DNA of 64,000 nt from the NCBI GenBank assembly GCA_951406725.2, contig OX597824.1, positions 97,960,001 through 98,024,000 on the forward strand. Reading direction: 5' to 3'. The notes beneath the pieces were generated by a model. That model was not told the origin of the DNA. It saw only the letters and a program-made list of their open reading frames with translations, and did no database searches. The position numbers and the translations under genes were made by a program. Shown here piece after piece: positions 26,579 to 40,159 of this stretch (within the stretch, counting starts at the first letter, position 1; each line of letters begins with the position of its first letter). This stretch comes from Octopus vulgaris (lineage: Eukaryota).

Positions 26579-27394
26579 GTGTGTATGTATGTATGTATAT
26601 ATCTATGTATGTATGTATGTATGTATGTATACGCACGCAGACATCTCTCTTTGAGTCTCCTCACGCATTTATCTCGCTCTATACACATGTAGATAAGTGT
26701 ATGTATGTGTGTATATATGTATGTATGCTATGTATAGATAGACATAGAGAAACAGAGATGAACATACAGACAGACAGTCACATACATATATTCCTACCGA
26801 TAAAAGTAACATCAATACAAGAGGTATATAACATATTGTATATGTATATCGCAATGTTTATATATTTTCGCGGTGTGTTTATTTGCTTGTGATATCCATT
26901 GGCTTGTGATATACCCCGAAATTCTATACACATGTATTATATACACCCAAGGGTAATAACACCAGAAGGCAGTATATATAAAAGGAAATAAGTGGCTTTT
27001 ATGTTATCTTTTGTTGTGATTATATATACATACCTGTCGTAATGTTGTCGGGGAGTGTATACATGTGTTTCTAAATGCGTCAGTGTAATTTTAGAGCAGA
27101 CACCAGTGTAGATTTCAAGCACTATGCTCCCGCTGGCGCCTGTGGACAGCCGCTCGGAAACATCACTGTTTGACATTATATGCGCTTCTGTGTTAGTATG
27201 CGAGTGCACGCACACATAGAAACATACACATACACAATCATACACTCGCACATGCACACTTACACATACACACACATGTAGTGAGGGATAGGGTGAGGAA
27301 GGGAGATGTGCGTAATATAAATGCTTGTGCTTGCGTATGTACGTATGTATATGTATAAATATATTCATGTGTGTGTGTGTATATACGCACATTA

Positions 27395-27442
<48 letters not shown>

Positions 27443-27597
27443 CACATTACATATATACATTACATATATGCACATATATATGTTTGAGTGTGTGCTTATG
27501 TAAGTATATATGTATGTATGTATAAATATATATATGTGCACACATATATGTGTATACATGTACATATACATGCATTATATGTATGCGTGCAGGCATT

Positions 27598-27660
<63 letters not shown>

Positions 27661-28384
27661 ACGTGTGTTTCCCTGTACTCTGTGACCATTCGTTAATATT
27701 ACCACACAAGTCCAAGCTGTCAGTGACGCAACGTAACACAGATCAACGGTTATCGTCTAGACTAGGTAATGTCACGTGACGTCACCGGAAGTGTGTCCGT
27801 CTGTCCCCCCACCCCCACCTCATGATGATTGACTGCAGACAACAAACGAGATGAATATAAATTTTGTCCGTTATGGCAAGCAAAGGTTATCAAGTTTTTT
27901 AAAGATATTTTCGAGTTTGTTCTCAATTCCATTTTCACCGAAATCCACTTCACTTTTTATCCTTCCAATATCGACCTTGCCTTTCGTTGTTTCGAGTTCG
28001 ATAAACAACCAATCAAGTACTGGGTCGATTAAATCAACTTGACCCACCCCTTAAAATCACTGCTCTTATGTCTTCTTCTTCTTCTTCTTCTTCTTCTTCT
28101 TCTTCGTCTTCTTTTTCTTGCTATTGTTGTTCAAAAGTAGTGGGTCAAGTGTTGTATGGTACTTAGTTTTGTCCCTGTTCATCTTGAGTTCAATTTTCAC
28201 CGAAGTTACCTTTGTCTGTCATCTTCCTGGGACAGATGAAATAAACACACACAGTCATATACTGGGGTCACTTCAACCGACTGTATCAATTTACACATGT
28301 TTACATGAAATGTATTCTATTTTACTTTGATTTCCAACCCTTAGAGACGGAAACATATTCAGGTAGGTACCTGGATATAAGGGT

Positions 28385-28723
28385 AATGACCCTTTTCGGT
28401 CATGAATGACCATGGGATTGCACCTAGAAAGTTCCCTTCTGGGGCATAAGTCCGGGGCAAGGTTGTTTATGGAAGACCAGCAGTTGCCCATGCATACCAG
28501 CCTCTCTTCTCCACGCCACCGATGTTATTCAATGGGAAGGCAAAGGGGCCGATACAGCTTGGCACCTGTGACGTCACATCTCATTTCTACAGCTGAGTGA
28601 ACTGGAGCAATGGGAAAATAAAGTGTCTTGCTCAAGAACACCACATGTAGCCCTGTCCGGGAATCGAACTCACAACTTCATGGTTGTGAGCCCGACGCTC
28701 TAACCACTGAGCCATACGCCTTC
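28385..28723 (-). mobile_element. CORE-like tRNA-derived SINE (family D), near full length
   Basis: Minus strand: ggcgtatggctcagtggttagagcg (A box), gagttcgattccc (B box), gtgttcttgagcaagacactttattt...cagttcactcagctgtagaaatgag (CORE-like), and 3' hairpin ggtcattcatgacc. Confidence 0.9.
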
Positions 28724-29482
28724 ACATGGAAACTGGAAAATATCGATTATATCGAACCCCCTAGGATTTGATTGGAACTTAATTTTATCGATTCCTGGAA
28801 GGATCAAAGTAAAAATCGACCTCGGAAACATTTGAACTTAAATATTTAGTCGGATATTTCGCTTTTGGATTCGGTTTAAAAGGTTTTTCATGTGGACTCC
28901 TGAGTCGGAACATATTCTGTAGTATGTCGGTGGGGTCTTTATGCCAATAGTCGAATGTTCTGACGATTCGGTTAATCCATCTTAATAGTGACATGTGGTT
29001 ATGAATCAACGAACAGAAATGTGCAAAGACACTGACGGTCCGTGGCCCCCACAAATGATTTCAGATCTAACAATAAAATGGCTGCTGAAAATTTCGATAA
29101 TTTTGAAAAGAAAAAGAGAGAGAAAAACCATTTCAACTGAGGAATTTTTTTTTTTCTCGGGTTGACTGGAATGGTATGGAATGCGATTGAATAAAAAAAA
29201 TTCTGCTAATTAAGTATGTAGAATAATGGAAACTAATTATTAAATAATCTTTTTTGTAATTTAAAATAGTGTTTTTCATCAGCCTTTATCTTCAATCAGA
29301 ATATTTATCAATCATTCCGATTAATTTGGGAAAACCGGTTATTTTATCGATCACAAGGACCTAGCACTTTGTAATGGGATATTTGTAGAGGAAGGATGTA
29401 TGCATGATCATATAATGCTTCCAGAGGAAGGGCAGCCATATTTGTTTGGGGTGAGGAAGGAGAGTATCGTATGACGATGATG

Positions 29483-29534
<52 letters not shown>

Positions 29535-29554
29535 TGATGATGATGATGATTATG

Positions 29555-30065
<511 letters not shown>

Positions 30066-30902
30066 ATCATTTTAATAATAATAGCAACAACAACAACTTT
30101 GGTTTTCCTCAAAGCATCGGCAGTTCGAAAATTGTCATAATTATCATCATTATCATCGTCATCTGTACTATCGTTATTTTCATCCTTATCGCCTTCATCA
30201 TCATACCTCATCATCAATAGCATGTCCATCATCACCATTATCATCATCATCATCATCATCGTAATCACCGCGACCACTACCATTGTCACCACCCCTACCA
30301 TCACCTCTACCACCATCTTCATACTTCATCATCATCATCAATGTCATCACCATCATGAATATAATCAACAGCATATCATTATCCACACCACCACCACCAC
30401 CGCCACCACACTCATTGCGATAGTCACCCCCCCCCATTATCTTCGATATCTCCCCCAACACAATCGACACAATCACATCTACCCCCCCACGCACACACAC
30501 TCATCCGTCATCATTTCATCCACTGCCTCCCCTCCCACTGACTCGACCCTGTATCTTGTCAAAACAAAGATGAAAGCCACGACACTAATCAATAACGATG
30601 ATTCAGTAATTAGAAATTTAATTACTTCGACCTGATGATACTTTTGGTTGTATGAAACGACATCACGTTTAGTCTGAAGCAGAGAATGGCGAAGAAACGG
30701 AACCAGCAACACCAACACCACCATCGTTACTGTTCTCTATACTTTCTTCGCCGTCACCATCACGATCATCGCGATGACAAAGATACATGAACATACACAC
30801 ACACATATATGTGCGTGTATGTTTGTGTGTGTGGGGACATTTATGTATACATACATACATACATATATACATATATATATATATACATATATATATACAT
30901 AC

Positions 30903-30953
<51 letters not shown>

Positions 30954-31049
30954 CATATATGTATGTATGTATGGATGGATGGATGGATGGATGGATGGAT
31001 GGATGGATGGATGGATGGATGGATGGATGGATGGATGGATGGATTTATG

Positions 31050-31230
31050 TTGACCGCTGAAATCTACAGTTTTTTCATTCTCTGTTTATTTTCTCGTGTT
31101 CCGTTCCTGTTGAAGAGCAAAGGCTTGAAACGTTAAAGACTTTTTCATTTTTCCCGAGCGTCAAACTAATATAATTGCTTGTTGTTCATACATCAGTCTT
31201 CGTCTGTTGTTTTCCTATAAATTTCTACTA
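31050..31230 (+). repeat. Dispersed repeat with variant hammerhead-like core (probable Penelope pLTR derivative)
   Basis: ctgttgaagagcaaaggcttgaaacgttaaagactttttca..ttcccgagcg; a second copy lies at 49215-49335. Confidence 0.65.
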
Positions 31231-31313
31231 TACACACACACACACACATACATGCATGCATGCATACATACATACATACATACATACATGCATACATATA
31301 TATTTATATATAT

Positions 31314-31384
<71 letters not shown>

Positions 31385-31504
31385 TATGTGTGCGTGTATT
31401 TACGTGCTTGTTTATGTGTGCGTGTGTGTATAGGTATGTACCATTGTGATAACATCACATGGGTTAATATAGTAATTACACCAATAGAGTGTGAGCGTGT
31501 ATAA

Positions 31505-31541
<37 letters not shown>

Positions 31542-31733
31542 TCAAGCTACGACGTCTACTTTCTAATTGTCAGTGCAGGCATAATCAAGACTCATAAAAA
31601 TGAACAAAATTCAACATACCAGACGGACATCAAATATATCCAACATCGCACATAGAAATGTTCACCCTTATATTTCTATCTAAGTACACACGCATACATC
31701 TTATTCTTATGACGGCCAGTCTATTATTCTATA

Positions 31734-32130
31734 TTAGCAGTATCGCCCGACGGTGCTCGGGTTTGTTTCGACCGTTTAGAAATGGAATTTTTGAAAAGTA
31801 AAAATGTTGCATTACGTAGCTTGTTATTCTCTTTAAGTGAACATTTTTCTGGTTGAAATACACCGAAAATTGGCGACACAACAGTAAAAGAAATCGTAAA
31901 ATATAGGGATTTTCATAGAAAAAAAAAAAGCACCTTTTTGATGTAAATAATTTTTGATGTTAACATGGTCTGATTTCAATTTTATCTTCTACGGGAGGAA
32001 GAGCAAGCCTTCTTCTATCATACTCTCAATTTTGGTCAACTTGTGCCGCAGGGTCTTGGAGGAGATAGTGTTAGTTGAAGGCTACCAAACCTGCCATACA
32101 CAGACAAATTCAGCTTTATATAGAGAGAGA
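31734..32130 (-). mobile_element. Non-autonomous Helitron
   Basis: Minus strand starts TC and ends with hairpin cccgagcaccgtcggg then cgatactgCTAA (CTAG variant). Termini are shared with 49844-50214. Confidence 0.75.
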
Positions 32131-32449
32131 TATATGACGCGCACACAATCACACATGTTAACATATCAATAAATCTTCTCTTAAACATTCTATTCGGTTA
32201 TGTCTCTTATTTCCCTCTGACACATATATGCATTGTTCTATTTATCGATCGTGTGATGTACTAAGGAGCCACTCTCATCACCTCGCATCGCACGGACGTC
32301 ACAAATCGGTGACCCGTTCCAACTCCTTGAAACTACAGAACAATTATAATGGGAGAAGGAGATACTCCACAGGTATCTAAACCTTCATGCCTGTTGTAAA
32401 AGAAATGTAAAAATAAACTAACAGAAAGTTAGAAAATAGGTGTAAATGG

Positions 32450-32510
<61 letters not shown>

Positions 32511-32660
32511 ATGTATATGAATTAGAGAAGAACCATGTAGCAATTCAACAATGATATAAGTAAATCATACCATATAGAAAAAAATTAAATATACGATAAA
32601 ACATTTCCTTAGAACTAAATAAAGCACGAAATAATAAATAGATAGTATATAATTACTAAA

Positions 32661-32745
32661 TAGACTACAAGTGTTTCGTGGATATATTTTCAAACTGATA
32701 ACAGTAACATCAATTCAATTTCAATATAGTCACTCATCAGGTCCA
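32661..32745 (-). ncRNA. Type-I hammerhead ribozyme, core intact
   Basis: uggac-CUGAUGA-gug[long AU-rich hairpin]cac-GAAAC-ACUU-GUA-gucua: stem I uggac/gucua, G-C closing stem II, minimal stem III, GUA cleavage triplet. Confidence 0.75.
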
Positions 32746-32893
32746 ATAAAATAATTAAATAAATGTACGTATATTATCTTATAAGAAAATATAAATATAT
32801 ATAAAGATACGTAATTTTTCAATAAAAATTCGAACAAAATTCAATAATATATCTTAAAATAAAAGCACCACACACACACACACACACACACAT

Positions 32894-32936
<43 letters not shown>

Positions 32937-32960
32937 CAGAGAGAGAGAGAGAGAAAGATG

Positions 32961-33035
<75 letters not shown>

Positions 33036-33130
33036 TTACAATATATATATATATATATATATGTGGTCCCGGGTTGATTCGGGGTTAACCACAGTAAATA
33101 AGGTACTCAATACATAGCATAGTAAAATTA

Positions 33131-33234
33131 ATTTATTATATAGAAGGAGCTTCTACAGGACTAGAACTGTTTCATTCAAGAGAAATTTCTCTTGAATGAA
33201 ACAGTTCTAGTCCTGTAGAAGCTCCTTCTATATA

Positions 33235-33240
<6 letters not shown>
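33131..33240. repeat. Perfect 110-bp palindrome
   Basis: Two 55-bp arms with no spacer (centre agaaa|tttct). It forms the end of a 33064-33240 insert flanked by (TA)n. Confidence 0.97.
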
Positions 33241-33281
<41 letters not shown>

Positions 33282-33308
33282 CTTACACACACACACACAC
33301 ACACACAC

Positions 33309-33362
<54 letters not shown>

Positions 33363-33701
33363 AGTGTGGAAATATGATGACATTTCTTAGTGGGCGTATG
33401 GGAGTTGGTGTGTATATGTAATATTGGTATGTTAGATGTCACAGTGTGTATGTGAGTAGGTGAGCACGGGTGTCAGTGTGGGGAAATAATCTCACAAATC
33501 AATTGAGTGGTCATTGATTGAATCCGTATCGATCCCACATCCACGGACTTTCATTTTATCATCAAGACTGGAAAGATAAAAGACGTGGTGGGATTTGAAC
33601 TTTTAACCTAGAGGACCGTAACTAAATACTACAACATATTTTATCTCAATCTCAAAAAATTCTTCCAATCCACCACGATTATTATTATTATTGTTACTAT
33701 A

Positions 33702-33736
<35 letters not shown>

Positions 33737-33985
33737 CATTATTATTATTATCATTATTATTATGTTACACTTCCTCAGTGATCCGTAAAGAAACAGGATA
33801 TTATCCTGCCAATTCCTGAGAAAGATGTAATATTATTTATATATAAAATTACACGGTTTGTTTAGTTATCTAGCCATCTATTTATACAACTATATATATA
33901 CATATATATATATACATATATACATATATATACATATATACATATATACATATATATACATATATACATATATACATATATATAT

Positions 33986-34016
<31 letters not shown>

Positions 34017-34027
34017 TACATATATAC

Positions 34028-34064
<37 letters not shown>

Positions 34065-34375
34065 ACTATTGGGATCTTTTGCGAAATTTTTCTGCCATCA
34101 GATGGCACTTCAGTCACACCCCTAGGGTTGGTATTAGTTTCACTGGCTACACACACACACACACATGCATGTATATATATATATATCTATATATATATAT
34201 ATATATACATACATACATACATAATGATGTGTGCGTGGGTGTGTACGTGTAAGTGGTATATGCTCGTATGTTGAACGTTTATAAATGAATAAGTGTTGGG
34301 CAATTTAAGACACCATTAGGGGGCTTATTTTTTCAAAATAAAACACACACACACACACATATGCATACGCGTGTG

Positions 34376-34420
<45 letters not shown>

Positions 34421-34755
34421 CCGAATACAGAGACACATACACATGTATAAGTGGCCAGAGTGATATTTGAGAGGAGCCAGCCGTACATCATTCAGACATA
34501 TTTCAGAGCTATTGATACATAAGAGACATTTTAGAAAGAATTAAAGACGGATCTGATTCTCCGAGAAAACATTAGCAAGACATATTCTTCGGCAACTTTA
34601 GCTATTGATTTCCTAATTAAGTACCATTCCTTACATTTGGCTTTGGGGTTGGTATTTCTTCGCTTCTACGGATGCTGCTACTACAATTACAGAAATGGTA
34701 TGCATGGCACCAAACATATGTATTTGTGGGTATGGATGGGTCTAGGGGCATATGG

Positions 34756-34796
<41 letters not shown>

Positions 34797-34889
34797 TATA
34801 TTGACGGATATATTTGTGCGCGCGTATGTGTGTAAGAATATATATATATATACATATACACACATGTATATATGTATATACATGCATAC

Positions 34890-34968
<79 letters not shown>

Positions 34969-35779
34969 GATACATACAATAATTTCTATGTGTTTGTATG
35001 TGTATACATCGTTGTGTTATAAAGAAGTTCACTTTGCAATTTCGAATCGACACACTCAAGTTCGATCCCATTACACGGCACCTTAAGCAACGACAGTCCA
35101 CGGTTGGCCTGCGGTTAAGCAATTTCTTCGGCGAAAAACTTGATCGATGGGAGATTTGTGGAAGCCCATCAATCACGTGTTTGCGTATATTAATATATAT
35201 GTATCTGTATATAAAAACCTCTATATAAGTATGTGCAGCAAAGGAATAAAGAGTTATGTTATGGATTAGCAAATGAAGTTCCTAACTTTAACGGTTAATT
35301 CCTTTGCCATTTCATTTCTTTGTTTCTGCTCTCTACTCGACTAACGACGCCTTCTCAAGTATATTGAGTTCTACACCAGGCTATTACTATTGCAATACCC
35401 AAACGAAATATTAATAAATACATATACAATATGTATTTATTATGTGTGTGTGTGTGTGTGTATGTGCGTGTGTGCGTGTTTGTGTGTATACATACAGATA
35501 TATATATATATATATATATATTTTAACTATTTTCAACTTCTATGCATTTTCAACTTCGTATGCGGGAATGCAAATGCGGGTGTGTTTGCGTTCATGTGTG
35601 TGTGTGAGTGTGTGTGTGCGTGTGTGTTGTATGTGCGCATGTGCGTGTGTGTGTCTGTGCATGCGTGTATATGTGTGTATAAAATTTAGTCAACAGACAG
35701 GTTTTGGCCATTATTCGTCCAGGCCATGTCTACCTAGGGTTGCAACACATGAGGTAGTATTTTGAGTGATAATTTGAGG

Positions 35780-36600
35780 CATCAGGTAGGGAATCGTTTG
35801 CTGTGATATAAACCAGACGATGGAATTGTTTTGGGTGGGGTGGCCCTCGAAGAATTTTGTATGCAATGGCGTATTTTCCTTCTTTGATTTCTTTCGGGAT
35901 AACATAGTTGGATAAAACGGGAAAACTTGAGGCAAAATGCGTTGCAATGCTGCTATGTGATATGAGCTGACATTTTATAGGGGTCGAGTGGCTTGGGGAT
36001 CAAACCTTGTAAATGTGATCCCGACATCGTTTGGACAATTTTGATGGAATATTTTCCACATTCTACAGAAGATATAACGATCAGGGTGGCGTTGGCGAGA
36101 TCAGAATTTTAGCTTCTTGAGCCGATCAATAGCTATCATGTCATTTATTTATTCATTTATATTCGTGATTGACCACTGGATGCCTCAAGTCTCATAATGT
36201 TTTGTTTCTTGAAAGGGGATCACAGTGGACAGCAATATTCAAGGCAAAACCTAGCAAACATAAAGAAAATATTGATGGTATCAAGGTCTCTGGACTGGAA
36301 AGTTCCAAGGATCCTAGAACACATTCTGCTGTCTATATCGACTTCATTATAGACGTGCACGCTTCACCTTAGGTTGTTGTCAAATGTTCAACCTGGATCT
36401 TTGATGTTATCTGACATTGCGAAGACTTTCTTCGAACGAAGAGAATATGGTTCTATAACAAGATTTTCTTTACCAAAATGGATCAGCTGGAATTTTTCCT
36501 CTTTTAGCATGTTTTTTGTTTTGTTTTCCTTTGCTTTGTTTAGGTCTTCGTGGGTTTTTATCCGCCCATCGAACCACAGTAAATGGATCGGAATGGAGTT
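35780..36600 (-). mobile_element. CR1-group LINE, decayed C-terminal RT region
   Basis: HEDLN...NMLKEEKFQLIHFGK...PYSL...SDNIKDPG, then RILGTFQSRD...LEYCCPL, LKKLKF*SRQR...MWKI...PNDVGITF and YITANDSL; multiple frameshifts. Confidence 0.75.
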
Positions 36601-37134
36601 CTGTTCAGTCACGTAAAGCTTTTGAGGAATTTCTGAAGCTTAAAGTCGTCTGCAAATATTTTTTCTATTTTTTTTTAACGGTTTGATAACATTTGCAACG
36701 TAAATAATAAGCAGAAGTGAATCAGGGGCCATTCGACATACAGACAGACACTGAGATATAAGCACCAATATAATTACATATACATGAGTGTATCGAAGCG
36801 CACACACGCACACACACAAGCACACACACACAGTACAAACACTCACATATGTCTTCTTTGTTTTCTGTTGTTCAATTCCAGATCAAGCCAGATCCAGCCG
36901 ATCTATGATCGAAGAAAATCCATCCGTGACCACCTCATTCTCTCAGTAGTATGTCTAAGATGACATTATCTGATATGCCGTCTATTTAAAAGACGATACT
37001 CTATGAGTTAAGAGAGATTTGACTGCTGTTTCAGGCAAATAGAACGACCACATCTTTTAAAAAAGAGTCAGAATGGAACAAAACTTTTTCTATTATTTCC
37101 TTCCTCCTCATTCCATCCAAACACTCCAATCTTT

Positions 37135-37540
37135 CTTCTTTCGTTTCATCTTTTTCTCTCCTTTTTCTTAATTTTCTTTCTCTTCTTCTCTTTTTTCTTT
37201 CTCTTCTTTTCTTTTTCTCTTTCTCTTCCTTCCCCTTTTCTTACTTCTCTTCCTTCTTTTTCTTCTTTCCTTTCTTCTCTTTTTCTTTTCTTTCTTCTCA
37301 TTTCTCTTTTTCTTTCTTCACTTTTTCTTTTTCTTCTCTTTTTCTTCTTTTCTTTCTTCTCTTTTTCTTTTCTTTCTTCTTCCAATTTTTTCTCTTTGTC
37401 TTCCGGTATTCTTTACTTTCTCTCTTCTTCCCTTAACTTCCTGGATGCCTTCTTTTCTTCCTTCCTTTTCCTTCTCTTTCTTCCAATCTTTTCTTCATTT
37501 CCTTCTCCTCCTCTTCTGCTTCCTCCCCTCCCTCCTCTCC
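37135..37540. repeat. ~400-bp polypyrimidine/polypurine low-complexity tract
   Basis: Almost exclusively T/C on the plus strand. Confidence 0.9.
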
Positions 37541-37851
37541 TTATATAATCATCAAAAGATCAAACTCGGGGCAAAAAGGGAAAGAAAATGATTTAAAAAT
37601 ACGAGAAAAAATTCGCAGAAGAAACTGCTACAAAAAGATGGCGGCGTTGTTGTCAATGTTTGTTTTGTGCTCTTTGGTTTTGTTTTTTTTGTATGTATCT
37701 ATACTGAAGCGTTATGATAAAGAAATGTCAGCCATCATGAAGTGGTGATGTGTTGCTGTTGATAGAGCGATGTCTGATCACAGCTAGATACACACACACA
37801 CACTCTTTTCATATGTGTGTACGTGTGTGTTTATATATATTATATATATAC

Positions 37852-37889
<38 letters not shown>

Positions 37890-38597
37890 CTCTCACACGC
37901 ACACACACATATATATATACATATATGTATGTATGTATATATATATGTATCCTCTCTATCTATCTATCTGTCTATCTATCAATTTATCTCTCATCCTGAC
38001 AGTCACACAACACAATACACCTTCTATATTAATTGAACTCCAACTCTTCCTCCATCAGCTGTCTTCCTGCTCCCCACCGCCACTCGTCTTCCACTTACGT
38101 CCCTACAGAAATATTTACCAATTTCTTACCCCGGGTGTCAATGATCCTACTTCATGCTGTGCAGGAACTGATAAGTTTTAACCCCACTACCTAAACCTTA
38201 TGTAAGGGCTTAAACTACAGGAAGAAGAAAAAAACGCTCCTTGCGATGTGGTTTCAGTCCCCGGATGAGCCAGCTTCACTTAATTCGATTTCGATTCTTT
38301 TCCTTTTTCTCTCTCGCTTTCTCGCCCCCCTCCCGATTAAATTGATTGTTCTTATTGATAATGTCTTCTTTTTATACGCCTTATGATGTGGTCCATGGGA
38401 AATTAAAAAACCTAGTTTTCGTCAAAACGATAATACATTCCGTTCCACAGAAAACTGCAGAACTCGGTCAGGTTGCAGATGATGATGATTGCGACACCTC
38501 ACCAGAACGCTACTTCACTGGTCTTTGTCATTATCAAAAGAGTTGGTCATTTATCAGAGATGAAAGTCTAACAGTGAACTACCAAAGGAACTCCAGC

Positions 38598-38946
38598 ACC
38601 AGGAGATCAACAAATCATCATGAAAGAAAGAGAAAAAGATTGATAAATATGGAAACCTGAGAAGTGAGATCGCTAAGATGTGGCAGCTGCGAGAGTCGAA
38701 CATAAAGGTTATCCCTATTGTCATCGGAGCACTGGGTTCGATACCACCCAACCTGAAGGAACATCTGAAAACCTTAGAAATACCCAAGAATCTAGATGTA
38801 TTGCAAAAGTCGGCATTACTTGGAACTGCACGCATATTGTGTAAAGTAGTGTCTGTCTGAGGTCCTTGTCGTGACTTGACAAACAGTACAAACCCCCGGT
38901 AGACACAATATCTTCAATCAGCAACCTCACGATACTGTGTGATGTC

Positions 38947-39005
<59 letters not shown>
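38598..39005 (+). mobile_element. Dong/R4-type LINE 3' end (second family) followed by (TAA)n
   Basis: PGDQQIIMKEREKIDKYGNLRSEIAKMWQLRESNIKVIPIVIGALGSIP...LQKSALLGTARILCKVVSV*, then a short 3'UTR and a (TAA)n run. Confidence 0.9.
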
Positions 39006-39008
<3 letters not shown>

Positions 39009-39289
39009 TAATTACGTTTATATATTCGTCTTCCAAGATTCTTGATGTGAATTCGTGTGTTGAAACATATATTGTTGTATTTGGGGATGGTCAAATTGCC
39101 AGTTTAGCCAACGCAAACACACGCACTATATATTTTGTTCACTTGCTTCGGCTTTATTTTATATTAATTGTATTTCGGCCAGAGTTCTTTCGTCACACTT
39201 CTGTGACCTCATCAGAGGTCCTTTGCTTTCTTCTTTCTTTTTTTGTGTGTCTCTCCTTACTAATGATCTGCCATTTTTCATTATGATAA

Positions 39290-39508
39290 TAACCCTTTCT
39301 GCTATAGGTACAAGGCCTGAAGTTGTGGGGGAAGGGACCCATTCGATTAGATCGACCGCAGTATGCAACTTGTATTTAATTTATCAACCCAGAAACGATG
39401 GAAGACAAAGTCGACCCCGGTGGAATTAGAACTCAGAGCGTAGCGAGGGGCGAAATACCGCTAAACATTTCGCCCGGCGCGCTAACGATTCTGCCACCTC
39501 GCCGCCTT
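39290..39508 (-). mobile_element. SINE family A, diverged
   Basis: rc head aaggcggcgaggtggcagaatcgttagcgcgccgggcgaaatg plus core and tail 2. Confidence 0.85.
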
Positions 39509-39651
39509 AATAATAACAACAACAACAACAAAAACAACTAGAAGTAGGAATCAATAATCAATGCTCAATAAATCAAATAATCACAGCATAAATACCTCTT
39601 CATATTTACTTATTTATTCATTTTCTCTTGATCTTTGGGGGTACACATACA

Positions 39652-39688
<37 letters not shown>

Positions 39689-40159
39689 TCTGCCTCTGTG
39701 TGTGTGTGTGTGTGTGTTTGTGTGCGCGCGAAAAAATCAATACATACGTAATGTGAGAAATCGATGTCTACATAATACAGACGCAGATGTACACACACAC
39801 GCACGCACACACACACACACACAAACACACGTATGCATGCACACACACACACGCACGCACAAACACACACGTATACACGCACACACACACACACATCGCA
39901 CGCATATTTTAACATCATTCTTCTTTGTCAAAACGATTGCCGTTTATTTGATTGACTTCGATAAATGACGTCATTCGAGGGGAGGGGAAGAGGGAGAAGA
40001 AAGAGGGGGTGGGAGAGTAAAAGGCGAAAGGAGAAAAGGAGAGAGAGAGAGAAAGGGATTACGCGGTATGTTTAGAACGAAAGCCATGCCATGCTGGAGC
40101 AACAGGAGGATCAGAAAAGTTGGTCGTTTCCAGACGAGACATTAACAGCAACACCAGCA

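Noticed and set aside
28645-28723. tRNA gene
   Set aside because: A and B boxes are present, but the sequence continues into a CORE-like SINE body with no full cloverleaf.
34092-34108. CTCF-like site gccatcagatggcact
   Set aside because: A single short palindromic match without supporting context.
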